Shown here: positions 15,356-29,200 of the stretch, in pieces | How the letters are laid out: the number at the start of each line of letters is the position of its first letter | How positions within the stretch are numbered: the stretch's first letter is position 1 | Source: Lingula anatina | Lineage: Eukaryota; Animalia; Brachiopoda | Assembly (NCBI GenBank): GCA_051362555.1 | Contig: CM120646.1 | Coordinates: forward strand, 14,322,001 to 14,386,000 | Reading direction: 5' to 3' | DNA length: 64,000 nt | Notes under the pieces: generated by a model | What the model saw: the letters and a program-made list of their open reading frames with translations, nothing else | The model's database searches: none | What the model was told of the DNA's origin: nothing | Position numbers and translations under genes: made by a program

Positions 15356-17221
15356 AAAATGGGACTTAACCGACTGGTGAAGTGCTGTCTGTCGTGTATA
15401 TTTTGACTGGTAGAATGTCAGTTCTCATCAGGTGTTGAAATGTAGGACTTAAAAAAAGGCAAGATAAAACTGTGCAGGTTTTTCAGACTTCGAGACATGG
15501 AAGTGTTAAAGAACTGTAAACGCTTAACCACAATGCCATGGTGGAGAAAATGTTGCATAGGAAATTACTGGGATTTCTAATCAGTATCTAGAAATACACA
15601 CAGAATAAGCTTGTGGTAACAGCTGAAAGAAAAACGTTCATTGTATGTTGGGCTGTAAGGAGCTGAAGTAAATGCAGAAATTGGCACCAGATTTTTCAGA
15701 TACTTTATAAACCATCATAACTAGAAATCGTTCTCAAGTAATAAAAAGACTTTGTGAAAAAATTGGTGTTTTGCTAAGTGAAACATGTGGTGATACAAGT
15801 TAAAAATATTAATCTTTTTTTGTAGAATGTTCAGACACAAGAAATTGAGATGCGCAAAAGAGATAATGTTTCAAGCCCTAAAACCGTGAATGGTGCTATA
15901 ATGCACCCTCAGTCATTTCTTCAACCCTACATAATGAAAAAAGACCAAAACAGCAATTTTAATAATTAATATTTAATTCACAACTGAGCCCAATTCATGA
16001 TCCATAACAAATAAAGATCTCTGTAATAGGCATGGTTAATAAATTTACAGAGAATGCGCAATCGTTTTGTAATTTTTTCAGTTACATAATTCAAGCTATA
16101 TATAATATAAAATGACTTGATAATAATGTATGATCATAATCCTCATACTCAACAAATTATATACAGACTGAAACTATTTGTTAATTGAGCTAAGAGTGCC
16201 AGGTTGGCATCACTCACCAACGAAGTTATTTACACACTTCTCAAAAAATTAAGAAAAAAATTGTAAAAAGACTGATATAACTCAAAACATAATTCATCAC
16301 AAACAATATACAAAAATGTATTGAATAAAATTGCAGATAAGACATTGCATATGAGTGAACTTAACAATACAGCACTGTAGAGACAATGGGAAAATATATC
16401 TAAGCAAAATTCGTAATTATATTTGCCATGAGACGATCTGCAATTCAGTACACAGAAGAAATGGCTTAATGGGATTCTATTTAATGAGATACAACAGCAT
16501 GACAGCGGACACTTAAAAAGGACATCATTCTAAATACATGCAAAATAAAGATATTTTAATGAATGTGTACAAAGTTTGGAAGTAAATAATAGGAATAATT
16601 ACTTGTTTGAAGGTTAACCAGTAAGAATATTTAATGTACCCATGAAACTAATCCAACACTTTATCTTAGTGTTCCATTTGTCGTGTTGTGTTGAGAGGTT
16701 TTACCATGTAATTTCCTAAGTTTGCTAATGCCTGGAAGCCTGTATCTTTCAATCCGAATCAATCGGCAGTGCTGATTTTGGAGGCTCAGTCTTTTACATA
16801 ATAGTTCATATCTGAAGCTGTCAACCTCTTAAAACATGCCACTACACAGGGGACATTATAACAGTCTATGTGAAAAGGTCTAAAGCATGCTACACAATGG
16901 AATGCAAGATGGAGAAGTTTCATATTTGTTGCTGGAAATGGAACTTTTGCAGCTCCATGGCTTTACCATTGTATGTCATTCTGTTCTCTAGACAACTTAT
17001 CAAAATATACAAACTTAAAGACACCATTAATCCAATATTTAGATTTTTACTGATGAGTTTAAGAAGAACAACTAAAGGCTTAGAAGAAAATAAGTAATTG
17101 TTATTAACAGAAAAAAAAATAAAATAAATATAATGATTAACCAGCCTTTTTGAAAATTGAGTAAAGTCATAAATTTCCCATTAAAATTATAATAAAAACT
17201 AAAATCAACACCAATATAATA

Positions 17222-20200
17222 TCACAGTCCTAATTTTTTCTTCTTTTTGGTCTTCTCTTCTTTCTTTTCTTCTTCCTCTGCCAGTCGCCTCTCAAGGGCT
17301 TCTCGTCTCATTTGTTCCGCGTCCTAAAATACAAAATTTAGTACTACAGAAAAAATCATTTAATCAGAAAAAGGATACCATGGTTTCAATGATGAATAAA
17401 AAACATCATTCCTTTATTATAGCATCTCAACTTTGTCTTTGAAATACAAACATTATTTTCAAAAATACTTCAGTCTACTGTTTCAATTTGAACTTAATTT
17501 TTCTACCATTATATAACTTATAATGAAACACGTCTTTACTGATAATTCAAAGACTGTACTTTAATAGAAAATTTAAAATGAAATGAAAGTATACATTTTT
17601 AAATCTACAGAATAAATATATAACAATGCCTAATCCATATAATAAATAACCAATCACAAACCTTTACTGGTGTTGTCTCCGTACTTTGCTTGCCATCTGA
17701 TTTTGCAGGGCTCTTTCTCTGCCACCCCTCGCCCATCAAAGATGGCGGAAGGCGTTTGTCTCCAAAAGACTGTGCAGCACCAGAAACGTCATCTCCTGCC
17801 GTCTCCATATTATTGTCAAATGTATCCTCTGCAAAATTTTCTTCCTCATCTGTAAGCAGTTGCAAAAATATCTCAAAATGTGAAAATCATTTGTTTCATT
17901 TTACACATAAATAACTAAATATTTCATAAAGTAAACAAACAGAATCTGTTGCTCCACACTTATATGAATTTTGATGGGAATCTATTTATCTTTTCACAGG
18001 AAGACCCCATCTCAAAATTATAAGTAAGAATCATGGTGCTATTTTGCAATGAAACAACTTAATGGGGTCGTGCCTCAGGTACTTTCCATCAGTGTGCAGT
18101 TTTGAAGCTTGCAGATCAAAGATCATGAAATTGTAGGGTAATTATTATTACTATAAGATTTTTTTTTGTTTTCGTTTCTGCATTGACATTGAAATTATTA
18201 CCATCTTCTTTAGTTTCTGTTGGTCTTTCAAGCCATGCCTGTTTAACTGCAATATCTCTGTATAGTTGCCGCAACCCTGAATCTGAAGGTCCAGTGAACA
18301 CTTTCTCCAAAAATGATGTGGCTGTGTCTTCAAATCCCTGGAAAATTGAGACAAATGAAAGTTTGGAAATGTGTTGTCCCAACTTCAACATGAACATTGT
18401 TCAACAGTTTCAAATCTACCCAGCCTGTTAAATTACACTCCAATAGGGTAACTGTGACTTGATTACACCTAGACATTAGATAGTGATTATTCATTTACCT
18501 TTAGTTACAAAGGTAAAAGGACATTTTATAATGTAACAAACAGCAATTATTATGTTTCAGGATACAACTCAAGATGCAGCAAAGAATTTTTTAAAAAATA
18601 CAAAATACTTGGCTTTCATACCTGGGAGTTTACCATATTATTCAAAAATGCTGTTTCATCAAAAGGGGCTGTCTCTATATGCTCTGAAAATAATTATCAA
18701 ACATCAAATCACCACTGGCAATAATATTAAAATATACAGATGTGGAATCAAAGGCATTTTAACAATTTAAATCAGTTTGGTGAACAGTTTTCAAACTCCT
18801 TTGTCCCTGGCAGTGAATTCAATGACAACAATGAAAGACAGAAGCATGTTCCTTTGATTTATAAATAAAAAGAAATGGCTGTAAATGATTTCACTTCTGT
18901 TCAACATTCAGAATCATAATGAAATCAATTAAGCATAAGCTCCTACTCACTTCTAGATGTTCTGACACCCTGTGTCTTGTAATCTTCTATTTCCTTGTTT
19001 TTACTTTTGATCACCTGCACCAGTTCCTCCTGCCTTCTCATTAGTTCTGTTACCATGGTGAGCAAAGACTTGGTCATGTGATCATAGAACTAGAAAATGG
19101 AAAACAAACAATTGCCAAATGGCATTTATCTTTAAAAAGTTAGTTAACCCTGCAAACTGCAATGATGTTATGAAAATTAAAAAAAACTATAATAAATAAT
19201 TTTAAAATAATAAAAAAACTGATAACTAAAACTAAAAGAGGCTTTAATATGTTATGTCACTTACGTAGTACTCAACATTTAAAGTATGTACTTTTTTTAT
19301 TCTATCAACATGCTCCTTACAATTATTCCTTGTATTCAGCAATAGCCATTTATCCAATTTATAATTTAATAAGATTTAGTCATAGCTATGTTATTTCATG
19401 GACGATAAGGCAACCTCAGCAAAAATGCTCTTTTACTGTAGTTTAGAAAACTCAAATAAAAATGTATTTTACACAGATCCCAAAAAGTACGCCAGACAAA
19501 CAGTGTGCTACCTACCAAATCTCTATGAGCAGACTGAAGGTGGAATTTCCAAACAAAGGGAACACCTTCCAGCAGTCCACTTAATGTCAGTAAAACCTTG
19601 GAGCCATCTCCATCTCCCATGCTGAACAGGGGCCGTACAAAACCTGGGAAAAGAAAAGACAGGTCAGCAAACTATAAATCAGCTGTTATCTCTTTCTTTC
19701 AATGTGATGGTCAGTCATCCCTTTTTTATTTACAATGTTACGGAATAGAAAAGAAAAATAGTCATTTCATGTGTAAAAATTATGCCTTAATAACAAATAC
19801 ATTGGGAGGAGGGGGATTTCAATTTAACCTCTGTTATTTATCACATGGATTCATCGTCTTGCCTTCTTGACATTCTAATTTGAAATCTGTCAAATTTAAT
19901 TCATAAATACAGTTTTGTAAACATCTGAAAAGCATTAACTAGTCTTAGAAAATATTATTCAGTCTTCCAAAATAAAAGTTTCTTTTTGTGATGGATTCAA
20001 TGTCATGTTAAATATTTGATAGTTCTTAAGAGGAATAATATCATAATGAATAAGAAAATTTTCATAATAAAATTTGTGAGGATAGTTTAACAAAGAGAGA
20101 GAGAGAGAGAGAGAGAGCTGTAGCCTGCATCACTATTATAAACAGACATGGGCAGTACAATGACTCACTGATAGCATATTTTGTCCCTTCCTTATCATCC

Positions 20201-23200
20201 TCCATACTGGTTCTGATATGCTCCAACAGAGTTTCCACTGGAGCTTCCATGTTAGGATTCAGCTTCTAAAAATTCATAATTTCAATAATTATTTTCTTGC
20301 CGATACAATTGCATGCTGTTCATCACTCATTTTCTTTTAGCAACCAACACAAATTAAGGTGTAAAAATGGTGGGCAGAGCTTTTGGAGTTACTTTAATTT
20401 CTTTTAATGAAATATGTAATTTATGTTGAAATTTTAAATGTCATAATTTGATATGGATATATTCTATGGACAATAATATGGTCATCAATAAATCAAAATG
20501 TCATCTTTTTTGCTTTAAAAGCACAAGCTACAGATACCAGTACAACTGAGACATTTGTCTGAATTCAAGGACGTGGATGAGTCAGGAAGCTCTTATGGAA
20601 GCCCAGAAAAGATGAAATTCTAATTTATTAATATGATTTATTTTAAACTTTTAAATTTTAATCTACATCAGAGTATGCTCTATTACGGTCGTATCATAAA
20701 ACAAAAGAAATGGCCTGTAATAATAAAGACTGTGAATTTATCATTTTTGCCAAAGACAAGATGTACACAATCAAAGGCAATTATGGGTGTACACTGTTTA
20801 CTGTTGGGGACGGTTTTTAAGGGGAGTCTTTCCAACTATTTGATAAATCTCAGTAATTTCGAATGGACAATTTAATCCATACATGGCCAAACATAAATTG
20901 CATTTTATAATGATAATACTGAAGGTTTTAAAGGGAAAGGACACTGCATATCACTGCTTTTATCCATATTATGCTGATGTCGCATCTTCTGCAAATGTAA
21001 TACACATAGGTCACATTCACAACAGTCCAAAGATCAAATACGGCCGACAAGCTTGAATGCTTGTTGCGCTATCCCCATGGGGATTTCTTTTCACTGTCTA
21101 TCAGAGGATTAGATGGCAAGCTTTTGAGTGGGTCGACATATTTGATCTGCAGACTAGTTACTCCACTGTTCTCAATGCAGCCTTAATGCCACATCTGACA
21201 GTCGATAAGAATCTTAAGTTCAACATCTTATTTCACCAATTTGAGATCGAAATATTTATTTCTTTATCTATTTTATCTTGGTTTTGTAAATGTTTAATTT
21301 CTGCAGAAGAAATGACATCTTAAAAGAAAAAAATACACAGATCTCAAACTTCTTGTCATGTACAAAACACATTACAAACAATAAAACTTTGTTATCAATT
21401 GTTAATGCTACCACTCATAACAATAACTTACATCTACACAGGGCTCTGGTAAAGCTGTACCTTTTATCTGTCTTTTCATAAGGAGCATAAGGGGCACGTG
21501 AACATGAGGGTGAAAGGATCATAGTTCTTAATAAGGACAGGGTATCCTGATGTAAACTTAAAGTCGATGTCATAGGAGTTCAGTGGTGTGTTATTCTTAA
21601 GGGGCTCGGCGGGCAATGCAATAGCACTGTAAAATATGCTATTTTGGAGTGTTTGAAATACATATTTAACATGGAGGGTGAAACAGAAACATGGCAATAT
21701 AAGAGTGGGTTTTATTCACAGTCCTTGGCTGAAAATTATCCTGAAAGTGAAATGTGAAAATAAATCAATTCAGAAAATGAAACATAATCATTACTTGGAG
21801 AATAGTGATAATTTTAATAAAAGATATAAAGCTCTTACTTATAAAGTGAAAAAAAGAACGCCTTGATTCACCATAAACAGTGCCTTTTATGTATCCAAAC
21901 ACTCAAAAGGATAAAAGATGAAGATAAAATTTTTATGTTTCACAATTACACACACATTAGGAAAAGAGATTTTTTGATGGATATGCTCACATTAGGATAT
22001 TAAAACAAAATGTCACTCAAAATAGGTTATAAATACCATATCTATTATCTGCCCTTTTCAACAGTTAAAAAAATTAAATCTATCAAAATCTGCCTATCAA
22101 AGGAGGACAATATTCCCTTCTGCAATTAATAAAATACTTAAAATTAGTCTTTAATAAGTGTACACATTTTCTTATTTATAACACACTCACATAGTAAGTG
22201 CTAAAAATTTAAGATCCACATGTTACACTAAACAAGCAGCTTACTGTGTATGTTTGGCAAATTCGGTTATACTTAAAGGCGGAAAGACAAGGAAAGACGC
22301 GAAAAGACAAGGAAAGACAGGTTAATTGAAGTAATGATAAGATATTGAGGGTCATATATGTCTAATATGATACCAAAAGTGCTTGAAATGCCCTTAAATA
22401 AGAAATCCAGTCACTTTGCAGTGGTTTAAATACACAAATATTCAAATACGAAACTTCGTCCGCCATCTTGGATTTCCGTAGCCGGATCTAGTGTCCTGTC
22501 TTGTGAAGCGCCACCTATCTTAGTGATTCTAGCAGACAACATACAAACTGCAGACAATACTGCAGACAGATATTGGCAAACTAAGAAGATTGAAGGGTTT
22601 TATATCTAGAACTTCATATACGTAAGTGGATGAAATTTTAAATGTCTCCTCATTAATATTACAAATGATATAAATTTAGCAAAGGTTTTGTCATTTTGAA
22701 GACGTTTTGAAAGAATATCCCTGAAAAACTGAGCTAAAAAAATTTAAAAATAGTCGTTGTTTCTTTGAAAAAAATTGCAAATCTACCGGGGTATTGTGCT
22801 TGGTATTTAAAATGCAATAAAACAACTCTCTTTCCCCTTTTTATAAATTAACAAAAATTTTATTCTCTTTCAAGCCCGTAGCCAGCATTTTCAGAGGGGT
22901 GGTTCTCTTTTTCAAAAAGGTGGACCTTTTGACCCCCCGAACCCCCCCCCCCCCCCCTGGCTACGGGCCTGTCTTTTATCCTTGGTTCTAAAATGACGGA
23001 CAAAATTTATAAATTGGGTTTAATAGCAAGAGTTGAAAACAAAATGTCATAAGTATTAGGTGTTTTCTAAAAAAAAAATTGTCTTTTGAAGATTTCGTCT
23101 CTTTTTCTAAACAAAATTTATCACTAAAAGACTGAGTGCCAATTTTTTTTTTTTTTTTTTTTTTTTAATTCAAAGCACAGGTATCCTTTCATTTTTGTGG

Positions 23201-26200
23201 GGAAATTACCATAAAACATTGGTAAATGACAATATTTTTATAAGTATCAACAAGTTCATTTTAACACCCACAGTTAGTTTAAGGGGATTAGTTCTAAATT
23301 TATTTTTCTATTTGTATAGAGCCAATATCACTTTCAGTAAAAAAAAATCATACTGGTTGGTATCAATACAAACTGATAAAGGTAGATCATCAAAAGCTGT
23401 AATATTCTTCTTGTTTAAAAATTCATCTAGAGCTTAGATTTTTCATGCATCTGTACAACAAATATTGCACATTTTTCATCCATTCATACACCAAATATTG
23501 AGCATGTTTTTAAGAAAATTTATTGAGTTCCAATGTATTTCTAATGACGCACCAGTAACAATTATGAAAGAAATTCCAAAACTATGGAGTTCACACCCGC
23601 AATGAAAGAATACAATCTTAAATAATTTGGTACTTTAAATTGCATGTATTAAATTAAAATGCTATATTTTATAATATAACTAAATCATGTTTTCCAAAAA
23701 TACAAATGAATTGCAACTCAAATGTTATGTGAATGAAATGGCAATTATAATAAATTAGCATGATGTAATCTTTAATTTTGAAATAGCACTTTCATCTCAG
23801 AACTCACAAGACTAATGAAATGCTACTGATTAATAGGCCATGGTGAAAAAATATGAAAAAAATGTCTCATGAAAACATTGCTCAAAAAAGGAATAAATGT
23901 ACGTTCAGACAATAAATACAAATTGGCATCTGTACCAACTTGCCTCATTACCAAATTAAATCTGATGCATATCTGTATTTCAAATTCATCTCAACACTGA
24001 GAAGATTCACAAAATGCTACTACTAAATATTGCTACACACTAATAGTTATAAGGCCACAGTGAAAAAATATATACTCAGCATGACTCAGGAAAACATTGC
24101 TCTAAAATGAGTAAATGTACGTTCAAACAATAAATACAAAGTGGCATTTGTACCAACTAGCCTCATTACCAAATTAAATCTGATGCATAATTTCAACACT
24201 GACAAAATACTACTACTAATTATTGCTACACACTATGGCAAAAAAATATATTCAGCATGCTTCTGCACTTCAACAAAGTTTGTGCTATCTTATTATTGCT
24301 TGAATGAAACAGTTTTTGCTGCTCGTCGCCTTTTTGTCTGACTAGGCTTCCTTCCTTTTGCTGCAGATGTAAGTACACTTAAGCCATCATAAGAAGCCAT
24401 ATGTTTGTGGAACTTTGGTTCTCTCAAGAATTTCATAATGTGTCTGGTCCTGGAATCTGCTGTCTTGTCATTCCAAATGGATCGTTCTACAGCATAATTG
24501 GCAAATTTGGCATCAAGCTTGAACTGTCCTCTCCCAATCAATGCTCTTTCAACATCTACATATTGAGCTTGGACTAACTGATGAAGAGAATTGATCAGGG
24601 TTGGGATGTCTTGTAAACTCCACTGGACCTTCATTTTAAGCATGTGATTTACTGATTCAGCATTATTGTTAGTCCATCCTGAGTGCACTTCCGGCCTGTC
24701 AATGATTGTTTGGACATTTTGTCTTATCAGTGGATTGATCCTTTGGTTGTAATAACCTTCAAATGTAGGTACTGTTTTCCTGATTTGCTCTATCACGTAT
24801 TCATTGCGGATGTCAAACATGACCACACTGTCGGCTGCAGACAACCCATTTTCTCCAAATAAAATGCTACTGATTTCTTTTCTAGCATGCAATGGGGCAC
24901 CAACAATATCTTGCAGATTCTTGCTTACATTGGCCTTCAGATGTCGTTGGCAACTAATGATATTTGCATTACTGAAAGCAAATTCCACTGCCTTTTTCAA
25001 TGCTTTCTCATCATCCATTCCTATAATTGGCCCCTGTGTTGTTTTGTCCACTTGCATTGCTATTGTTGAGAAAAACTGGGCGTATGTCTGCCAGTCAGAA
25101 TTGCCATGAATGAGTATGGGTCCTATGAAGATGGGATGCTCATTAGTGCTTGTTCTCCTCAAAGAAATGTTCTTAAAAGAAGTTGCTGTCACATGTAACT
25201 GACCTAAATTAAAAGTTTTATCTACTCCAAGGATGGCGGATTCAGATTCCTGGCCACAGAAACAAAATCTTTTTAAGTCTGCTATCTGTTTGTCTGTGAA
25301 TAGGGTGATAGATGGCACTTTTTGGGAGGAGTGCACTATGCTTTGTATGAAAGGGTGGCTGTGCATGTTGGTATGCAAAAAGTTGAAATTAGCTGCAAGG
25401 TTCCCAGCTCCCGTTGAATTTCTGCTTTCCTGCTTCTTCTTGGTTTGATAAACAGTATTCTGAACCTGTCTAAGATCGGCTGGTTTGTCTCTTTCATTAT
25501 CATTACTTATTATCATCTCTTCGTAAATCTCTTTCGGCTTTTTACCTCCTTTTGCCTGTTCCCTTATCTTTTCTAGTACCGGCTTTGCAGTTCTTTGATA
25601 AGGAGGCGCCCCTTTGGCTGCATTCCCCCCATGTGGAGCTGGTGGTGGCAGTTTACCGATGTATTCCACAATTGCCACAGGAATTCCTTTAATCCAAGAA
25701 ATCCTTCTCTTGTACGTACTGTCTCTTTTTAACGTGGCATAATTTCGCTGCAGTCTGACAACCTCTGTTGGTTGGTCTTTCATAAGACAAAGGACCTTTT
25801 TGCCATTGGAGCGTTTTTCTGTGTAGTACTGGCCATCTTTGAGCAGGACTGTTGTCCATTTTCCATCTCTTCTGCCCATATGTGTTACAGGGGAGTTACT
25901 ATTTTGCCACACCCCACAGTCATCAACGAACTGACTATTTTTCCCTTCACTACGTCTTTCTTCATTTTCCTTGTTGTCAACCAAAAAGCGAACATTTTCT
26001 TTTCTCCCATCAGGAATGTGATTCAGAGTCTCTGGCAATGATTGTAAAAGTTCGATGATATCACCTGCTTCCATATACTTGTTGATAGGTGCACCAACAA
26101 GCTCAGGTTCTACCTCCAGTGACGGGTCGTCTGTCTCAAAGCTGTGGTTTTTTGGTGATGCAGAGGAATTATCAGTAATACTGGGATCGTGGGTAGTGGA

Positions 26201-29200
26201 AGGAACAGGCTGTGACAGAATGTCATTCTCATCAATGTCCACCAAACCTATGGGAGTTGCATCATTCTCATCAGTGTCTACCAAACCTATGGGAGTTGTA
26301 TCATTCTCATCAGAGTCCACCAAAACTATGGGAGGTGTGTGACTGGATCTTATTTTACTTCTTAGTGTAACAAAGTGATCTGGCCGGAATTCATGTGCTG
26401 TTTCAGGTGTTCCAGAGCTTGTCCACATAATCACTGTAGCTGGAGCACCATTTTGGGATACCCCACGACCTGCAATGCGTCTAGACAATGGGGTGGAGAG
26501 GAAGTTATCATTTAGCACAGGTGGGCAGTACGATCGTAGAGGCACCTTCAGAGCAGCACTGATGGCATACATATGACTTAATCCTGCCCATCTTCCTGGT
26601 GTACAGACAGCTACAACTTCATTATTGTAGAGATCAATGAAAGCAGTGTCCTGTCCCAATTGTCCACAATATTCAGCATGGTTGCAATCATACGCTTCCC
26701 TGTACATCAGCATTTCAATTCCTGCCAGCAGACGAATGTGTAAATGGTAGTCTTCACAATCAAAGAGGCCGAGTGAGACAGCTCTATATAAACAATTTCC
26801 ATCTGTCCCAACTGCTAAAGGTGAATGAGTCTTTAGAAGAATGGGTTGAAACATTTCCAATATTTTCCTTGATACAGCGTCTTCAGGATGTTGTATGAGC
26901 ACATTGGGAATATCAGGGATACAGATGCCGTAGGTCTTCAAAAGATGATGTTCTGACTTAGCTTTCTCAGGTGTTCGTGTAGAATCAAGGCGAGTAAGGG
27001 CAGCTTCAAAATTGTACATATTCCCTCTGAATGCACATTTGCCACATATAAAATCCAGTTCTTCTGAGCTCCATTCTTCAAAAAGAGATTCTGACATAGG
27101 AACACACTGCCTGGAAAAAAAAATGAGAATTTAAAGTGACATGTAACTAGTATTTTTATCTATTTATTCTACTTATGTAAAGATGAATTTAAAGTAAAAA
27201 TAATTGCTTTAAAACCAGATCAAAAGCCACAATATAGATTCAATATGACTTGGAGAAATATCTAAAGATATAATGGAAATGGGAGATAAATTTCATTATT
27301 TATGAAATGTCAATCATTGTTCATCATAAAAACTGTTTACTAGTAATACCAAGGGAATTAAGTTGTACACACAACTGGCCTTCGAAAATAGAATATTTTT
27401 TGAATAGGGAGAAAAGAGGAATTTAAGTATAGAAAAGTATAGAAAAAAAGGAAACATTTTTAAAGAAATATCTCAAATATCTCTAAAGCCATACCAGTGA
27501 ATAACAATTTAGCATAACAACAATCATTTATGTTATAAACAATAACAAAATAAAAAAGCCTCTGTCACACCAAGTGTAAATGGATGCAAGTATTGTACAT
27601 GAGAGGTATTGTATGCACAACTTTGAGCGAATAAAATCACCATTTTCCGCATGTAAAAAAAATTGATTTGTGTGTGGAATTGTTTCTTAAATTTTCCTTT
27701 TAGCATTTGAACATACATAAACATTTGTCTGCAAACTAGAAACGCATACAACGTAAACCTTATGTGCCCCTTGCATTTGTCTGTGCATGGGTCATTTTCT
27801 CAGATGTAAGTGCTGCACACTAGGTGACAGCCCCTAATTTCATATAATTTAAACTAACATATACTTAATACATTTGAACTTATGAAATAATACAATGCAA
27901 ACTGTCAAAAATACCATTTTTTCAAGACAATTTTTGTGTCCATACTGCTTACAGTTTTGCTGAGATGGCTTCTACAGGGCCTCACAAACAACAAATGGCA
28001 TTTGTCACTTTGAGTTTAAGTTTGTGATTGCAAATTTCAAAGTATGGTTGTGAAAATACTTATTGCAAGCACAGCAAAAAAACTTTAAATGATTTTGCCA
28101 TGCAGATTTCAAAGTTCAGTGTTCATAAAAATCTTTTTCTTGACTATTTTTAGAAAGGCAAAATATATGAGAAACTGATGAAATAAAGCTTCCAGAGAGA
28201 GTTCATATCCATAAAGTTATTTGATTGCATAATACTATATATGATAAAAGATTTAACAACATGTTTATATAATAAAGTAACTAAATCGTTAAGATGCATA
28301 AGCTAATTAGTTCAATAATGGGACAGTTAACATGCCAAGAAGTGAATCTAAGGAGAAACCACTTATATGCAAAATAAGACATAACTTCATCTAAACTTAA
28401 CTGATCAAGGTAATTTTTGAACTTGATCGTACATTATTCCTATAAATCAGTCCTGCAAGTTTTAAAGCAAAATATGACAGTTTTTTTAATAATGGTGGAT
28501 AAAATATGCTAAAAAGAGCAAAAAAAAAAAAAAAAAAAAAAATGGCAAAACTTTTGGAAATGGTCTGATCAAGCTGATTTTCAAAACTATACCTATTTTT
28601 ATTAAGTCAAAGACAAAATGTCTGTACATAAAAAAGTGGCTCTAAAAATTATTGCTGTCTTTTTATTTAATAGCACTTTCTTTCAATGATTTTGATATAA
28701 TTGTAATGTAGGATTGCATAAAATTTAGACATTTGCTGAAAAATGTCATTTTGATGTAATACTTTAAAATAAGATCACAGAAGAAGCCACCTTATCAAAT
28801 GTGTAAGTATTTAATGATAAAACTTGATCAAGGAAAAGTATGATAATATCAGAATGTCAGGTAACTGTATTGATTGCAATAAAGGAATGACTTTTCCAGG
28901 TAACTTCTTTGATCAGAAAATGTCAAGTTCAGTATTGATATTATCTGGCAGTGATTAGTTAATTGGAATGTCAGGTAACTGTATTGATTGCAATCAAGGA
29001 ATTACTTATCCAGGTAACTTCTTTGATCAGACAGTTACATAACATGGAGTAATTAAGTTAAAACTTAATTTGCAACCATCCAGATAACTTTTTGATGATC
29101 TATGATCATTGAGAGATTGACTAGATCACAAAATTGTTGCTTCCTTGAATTGATCAGCGAAGCAGGTACATCTTTCCACATGCCCTAGAGGTTGAGTAAA

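Noticed and set aside
24804-26342. Several plus-strand ORFs of 60-101 aa
   Set aside because: They are antisense shadows of the transposase reading frame.
24293-27097. Calling the long ORF a domesticated vertnin (VRTN) host gene
   Set aside because: It lies between intact TIRs with a perfect TSD and keeps a full DDE triad, so it is better read as a transposon gene.
27915-28000. Cys/His-containing segment (MPFVVCEAL*KPSQQNCKQYGHKNCLEK) as a candidate PHD exon
   Set aside because: It has an in-frame stop and wrong Cys spacing. The exon at 32372-32275 completes the PHD with the correct phase.
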